Shown here piece after piece: positions 58,084-64,000 of a stretch of DNA of 64,000 nt (position 1 is the first letter of the stretch; each line of letters starts with the position of its first letter). The translations under genes were made by a program, and so were the position numbers. Under the pieces are notes generated by a model. That model saw only the letters and a list, made by a program, of their open reading frames with translations. It searched no databases and had not been told where the DNA came from. This stretch comes from Enoplolaimus lenunculus (lineage: Eukaryota): the NCBI GenBank assembly GCA_030248215.1, contig JASANG010003092.1, positions 186,001-250,000 on the forward strand. Reading direction: 5' to 3'.

Positions 58084-61000
58084 ATTCGAGGCGTAGTTTA
58101 AAATCGATGACCGAAAACGTTTTAAGACTGTTGCAAAGGCATACACATCCAGCTGCTCGCTCGTACGCTTGGCGGGCAAGGCTTTCTGCATAGTTTCACA
58201 CGCACACAATCTTTTGAACCCATACAAAGCTTCAATCGTTCATTGAGACACATCAATTTTTAAATGATCTTAAACTTTCCGCACGCTTTGCTCGTGCTCT
58301 CTTCGAAACTCAAACTCTGCTGAACTCCTAGTTTGTTTACAAGACCCCTTCAAAATCACAATCCTGGCTATGCGCCAACTGCTCTCTAAAAGCTTAAACT
58401 AACTTGATTTAAGCTTAAGGTAATCATGCAGTATTCAACTGTGTTTCTAGATTAACTAAACTAACAGGTAGGTTTGCGCTTAAATTCATTAAAACCCTTA
58501 CATATTTTCAGCTTAAGTTAAACTTAATGAACTCTTAGAGACACATAACTTCTGGGCTGCACTTGTTACTTAAACTAAAAATAAGTTTACTTAAACTCGT
58601 GTAAACTTGAAAACATTTTACTTTTTAAGGGAAAGTAAAAATTCTAGGTTAGTTAGTCCGGCCAGCCATTTAAGTTTTACTAAAACTAATATTCAAGTTT
58701 TGTTCAGCTATAATTTAAGTTTAAGTTTTTAGAGAGTCGCTTATTATTGAGAGTATTTTGATATCGGTTAAAAGCTGTTGTATTTATCTTAAATTGAAAC
58801 ACATCGCTTGTGTAAATTTTCGTTGCAGTTCGTGTTTTCAAAGTTTATATCCTCCAAGATTGGATCTTTTTTCACACAAGGCAAGGCATGCAGTCCAACC
58901 GCTTAAATTACGTACTGATAACATTTATCATTTGCGAACCTGCGATAAGTACACAGAATATGAGCATAAACATCGTCAAAATTTGCGTTTTGATTTGGTC
59001 TTTGAACAATTTTAAAAATTCAAAAATAATGCCGAAATATTCGGGAAACAATTTAGCCGGTGCTGGAACAGGATTTTGTGGTTGAAAAAAATGCCAACAA
59101 GTTGCATCCCAAAGCGCAACGCCACGACTATATCTGTACTCATGATGCTTGTGTATAAAACTGTTTATGCATCTTCGACAATGAAGCTATTTTCATCAAC
59201 TGTGTGTTGCATCTCCCGCATTTTAGTGACTGGCACTGAACACTGTAGGGACTTAAGTAGGAACCAAGATCAAACGGATCACCCAGGCCTAGCCCCCTCC
59301 AAAAAAGATCAAACGGGTCACCCGGGCCTAGCACCTCCAGAAAAAATCAAAACCAATTTTTTTGTAAAGACTTCGTACTAAAATTACGTTTGGCTTGCGG
59401 ACCCGCGTTGACAAGCTTTGGTGTTTAACATTTGTTTTATTAATTAAATTTTTGGGTTGATTTAACGTCATAATGAATGCAAATGAGCAGGCGTGGGATA
59501 AAATGTGATGTTCGTGGCAAAAACATGTAATTCTGTAAAAACCACCAACCAAAAATAGGTAATAGTTGTATGAATCCACAGGTTTACCAAATAATTGCAA
59601 ATATTTTATCAATCCCAATCCCTGGCAGAATAAGCATTTATAACTAAAGGATTGTTGGTTGTCAAATTTTAGCAAATTTTACAACTTTTTTTCCGTCAAG
59701 ATTATTCGTTTCTACTTTATCTCTACTACCATATCGAATTCTGCTAAAACGGGCAGTTTGTGTCTAGTAAATTGACGCTCTGAATTAACTCAAATTTAGT
59801 AAAATATAATGATACGTTTACCAAATGCAGTATGGCTATTATATGGTTCCAACGTTCCTTCACCCACACCTTGATTCAGATTTCAGCGTGCTATTAATCA
59901 TTAGGTAATCCTTAATTTTCAAAAAATTTCTCATATAATGTAAACCAGTGTAAAAACTAAATGAGATTTTAAGTCAAAATCTCAACGCTACAATATCTCA
60001 TTATATTGTTTTACAGAGATGATTTCATATCAAAACCAGGGTTAATCTTGCTTTGTCTATTAACAATGCTGTAAATATTTAGATAAGCCAAAACAGTGTG
60101 ATATGTGGGAGTTGGGTGTATGGGCGGATTGTGGCTCCTTGTTCTTTGAGAATGGTCGTCGGCAAAAGCCATCTGTGAGCAGGTAGTATGAATCTTAGGG
60201 TTCATATGTGCTTTGTTAAATTTAACTTATTAACAACATGTACTGTGTGTTATTTCGCATACACAGTTTATACTGAATATTATGTATGTTCAAAGTTGTA
60301 TTTGAAGATGCTGTTTCAAAACCGATAAGCCGCTAATGATGTAACTAAACGCAAGAATGGATAATATTTAACAAGAGTATGCAACTACCCTGGCAGCAGG
60401 ATTCAACCCGAATTGCGGTTTCGGTAGGGAAGTCCGGTATTTTTCGCTATCCGATTCCGGTAATATTTCCGGTTTAAACCGAAATTTTCCGGTATTTTCT
60501 GGACGGAAAATTTTTTGGGAAGAAAAATTGGCATATTATTCTAAGTTATTTTTCTAAAAATGTCTGAGCGTGTGTCATCAAATGTATCACACCGCATAAC
60601 TTTCATTTATCATACGTTGGTCCGTCTCTCCGTCAGACGAGAATTTTAGGAACCGCTGAACGAATTTTGATTAACTTTTTTATTTGGTAGCTTATTATCC
60701 AGGGATGGTAATTTCGCGTTGGGGTTTTAAAATCTTGAGCCGTCTATACGTTTCCCAGCTACTGCATTTGTTTCAGGATTTTGGCGTTCTAAATTGAATG
60801 TTTACACATTGCACTTCGATTTTGAATGATGTTCGAGTGCATGGAGGAAGAACCAAATGTCTCATAAAAGTATTAACGCCCCTGATGGGACAAATGTTTC
60901 AATTGCGTCTTAAAGATTTAATTCAAATAAATTATTTTCCCATTAAAAGCGATAAAATAGTTTTAAAAGTGAATTTTTCGGTAACAAGTATTTTTTGATT

Positions 61001-64000
61001 TCCGGTGCCGGTAATTGTTTAACCTTCCGGTTCCGGTATTTTGTAAATCCGGTGCACCCTGCTGGTCAGTGCATGGTACAAAATGTGCCAGCACGCTTTG
61101 CGTTTTCGTCGTAACCCCTTATTTAGGGGGGATCGATATCACATGTAATACCCCTAAATAAAACAATAATCAGAACATTTCTGATGCCGTATACGTAAAA
61201 CATCATTGTTCACACAAGTAGTACCCCTACAATAAGAGATGAATTACCAAAACCGCAACAGTACGCTGCAGGGTGTAGGCGGATAGTAAAGTAACGAAAA
61301 CGGAAATGCATAGTAATCAAAATAACGAAAACGGAAAATGGATATTGAAGTATAAAAGTTTCAAAGATGTTTCCTTTTTTGTGTCAACACAATTGAGGTG
61401 TGCAAATATTGACCAGGCTTTCTGAAATTTAGCGAAAAAATGGCGGATGCATCGAGAAATTATTAAAATTTTAATTGAGTTTTGTAATTTTATTTAATTT
61501 CGAACAATTGCAGCATATATATCTGTAGTGAAAAATAACAAGAACGTGATTTATTACTAATTTTGAGCGTAAAAATAATAGAATTTCCGTTATTTCTATA
61601 ACGGAAACGGACACCGCTTGTTACCGCAAACGAAAACGGATATCCGGTGCACCTTGGTTGCATTTTTGTAAAAAGAGTCATTGACGACTGTGGCTAAAAG
61701 TAAACTAATGCAGTTGATTGTCTAATACAGGTAGAAAATTTTGAGGCATCTGAAACTGTTTGCGGCTTCGTAACGAGAAATAGCACAACAACGCTCTGGA
61801 ACAAATTATTAACATAACGGGGGTATGAAGTGTTTTTAAACAAGAAATTTCTCATGGTTGACAACTTTTTGGGCTGTAAAGGAATGTCCGACTAAATTAA
61901 TTGGCAAAAAATAGTAAAACAAAGTGTTATACGGTTCGTGTACTTTCTTCTGACTGTATACTCAAGCCCGTAGTCAGCTCGCCGTGCTGAGGGGTAGTGG
62001 AAAATTTTAGAACATCATACAAGGATTTGAAATGATTTACATGCAAGATTGAAACTTTTCTAGACGGGCCGAAATTTTTACTAGGAGGGCTAAGCTCCCC
62101 TGATCCACTCTACTATGGGCTCGTCAGATTGAAACTTTACCCGCAGGCACCCGTGTGCACCCGCGCCGCGGACAGACGTGTATCAGACGGGTTATAAATT
62201 AACAGTTTTTACCCGCGCCAAACCTTTAAGAGTTAAATTGCAAAACATACAGTGTTGAATAAGCAAAAGTCCTGTGCTTTACTAAGTTGGGTTTGAAATT
62301 TTGTTTCTAGTAAACATTCATGTGTAAAATTCATTAGAGCTATACCGCAAAACTTCATTAAAGAGCAAATCACTAGAGATCTATAAAATACTGGTTAAAT
62401 TCTGGCTCGGGTAAAAAAATGTTATTTGCCTGGGTAAAGTGCGGGTCGGGTAAAAAATCCCTACCCACATCCGACTCTGCACACAAAAAATATTTGCTGG
62501 TATTCAAGAAATATTTTCTTAAATTCAACACAATAATGCCTTAATCTAGAATCCATACATAAATGTCTTGAATGCAAGACATTAATACATTAATAGTTTA
62601 CGCAATTTTTCAGTAATCTGTGTCTGAAATTTTTAACACTTAAATATGTTAAGAGTGTCATTTAAAAACGATTAAGACAAATAAATATTTCTGAAATACA
62701 TGGCAAATATATCTGAAATATAAGACAAATATGTCTGATATAAAAGACTTGTTTTGCTGATCTTTGAGACATATGTCTTAGAAACAAGATTTGCCAGAGA
62801 AGTCGCCTTCAAGATTGGGAGTTAAGCTCAAGCAAATTCCCTAATTTTACAACCTAACATACGTCCAAGACATAAACGTATGTTGGAGGAGCCTGAGCTC
62901 AACCCGAAATATCTTTCAAATTCGATTTATTTACTCTCTTAAAAATATCAGAGGAAGCAACTTTTTTACATACATAAAAATCAGAAAATAAATTGTTGAA
63001 TGAAAGACAATATTTCTTGAAAGGAAGAAATTTGTCTTATAAATTGTATATAGTAATTTTTTGAATATAAGACATTTAACTTAAACCATTTCAGACACAA
63101 ATTTCTCAGTTGGTTAAGGCCATTAATGTATGAAATACAAGACTTTAATGTGTTGAAAAATTAACAAAAAAGGATTCTTGAAATTTCAAGGTAAACTTAT
63201 TTTGCGTGGGGGTCGTACATATTGTATTTTAACAGCGACTTTTGCTGCTTCATATTTTCTAACACATAGGCGTATTTGCATCAATAATTGAAATTCGGTT
63301 GTTTTTCTTGCTTTTATGAACTCAGGTTATGGTTTGCTGACGTATGGTGATAACCAGGGGCAGATCCTGACCAAACGCAGTTTTGAGATCGACTAATGTT
63401 TCTCAATTCAAGGTGTTGAGCTTTGAAACACTCGGCACGGCCTCGTTGAAGGTGGGTCTTGAAACTGTGGCCTCACTGGCTTCTAAAAGCAAGACCCACT
63501 GAAACAGACGGTAAATGCATCATGTAAATGAAATTTAGAAAAATTGAAATAGCGAAGTTGGAGATTCGAAACAAACAAAAATAAACGAAATACACCTCGT
63601 AATCAAAATATATCTGAGACAAATCGCAAAATTTTGTATAAATACTCTCAGACCCGAAAATGCTCTTCAAATACTCAGTGCCGAGTTTCATTCAGTGAAT
63701 TCATGTTTTCAAACTGCACAAAATAAGTCTGCACACACCACTGATGCATTCAACGTAGAGCCACTCAAGCTAACGCCCCCACTAACAATCAAACTAATAT
63801 TTGGTATTAAAGTTTAGTTATAAAACTGTGCTTGACATCTCGCTCGCTTTGTTGCTGAGTTGTTTTTCATTCTTATATATAGCATAGCCCTACTGGATTA
63901 CGGCTTCAAAAATTAGTTGAAATTGATTACCGTAGCGGCAAACAGTGAAAATTTACGCCTTTTAATATCAACAACGTAACTATCAAATTTCTGAATTAGG

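Noticed and set aside
57964..64000. Upstream LRP exons or another gene
   Set aside because: No YWTD, EGF or LDLa-coding segment with compatible splice sites was recognised. The region is mostly repeats and is probably intronic.

Overview
AT-rich, intron-rich eukaryotic DNA. It is most likely a nematode: TTTCAG/TTTTAG acceptors, dispersed degenerate TTAGGC repeats, and a MOD-1-type channel. Five spliced genes were assembled by hand from GT-AG sites with consistent phases. (1) The 3' end of a TGF-beta family ligand (+, <1-2674). Its mature domain keeps the six cystine-knot cysteines but appears to lack the dimerising cysteine and much of the wrist/heel helix. (2) A convergent orphan secreted protein with an acidic region and a 10-Cys domain (-, 4723-6944, 219 aa). 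(3) A MOD-1/LGC-50-like Cys-loop channel (-, 10185-17462, 722 aa) with GTR in place of the PAR selectivity motif. (4) A 15-exon cathepsin F (+, 35251-48738, 620 aa) with two full cystatin domains separated by RVRR, plus a relic third repeat. (5) The 3' part of an LRP-like gene (-, 52634 to >57905) that stops after two LDLa repeats with no transmembrane segment. The rest is MITEs, a DINE-1/HINE-like element, minisatellites and microsatellites. Family assignments come from remembered motifs, not database searches.
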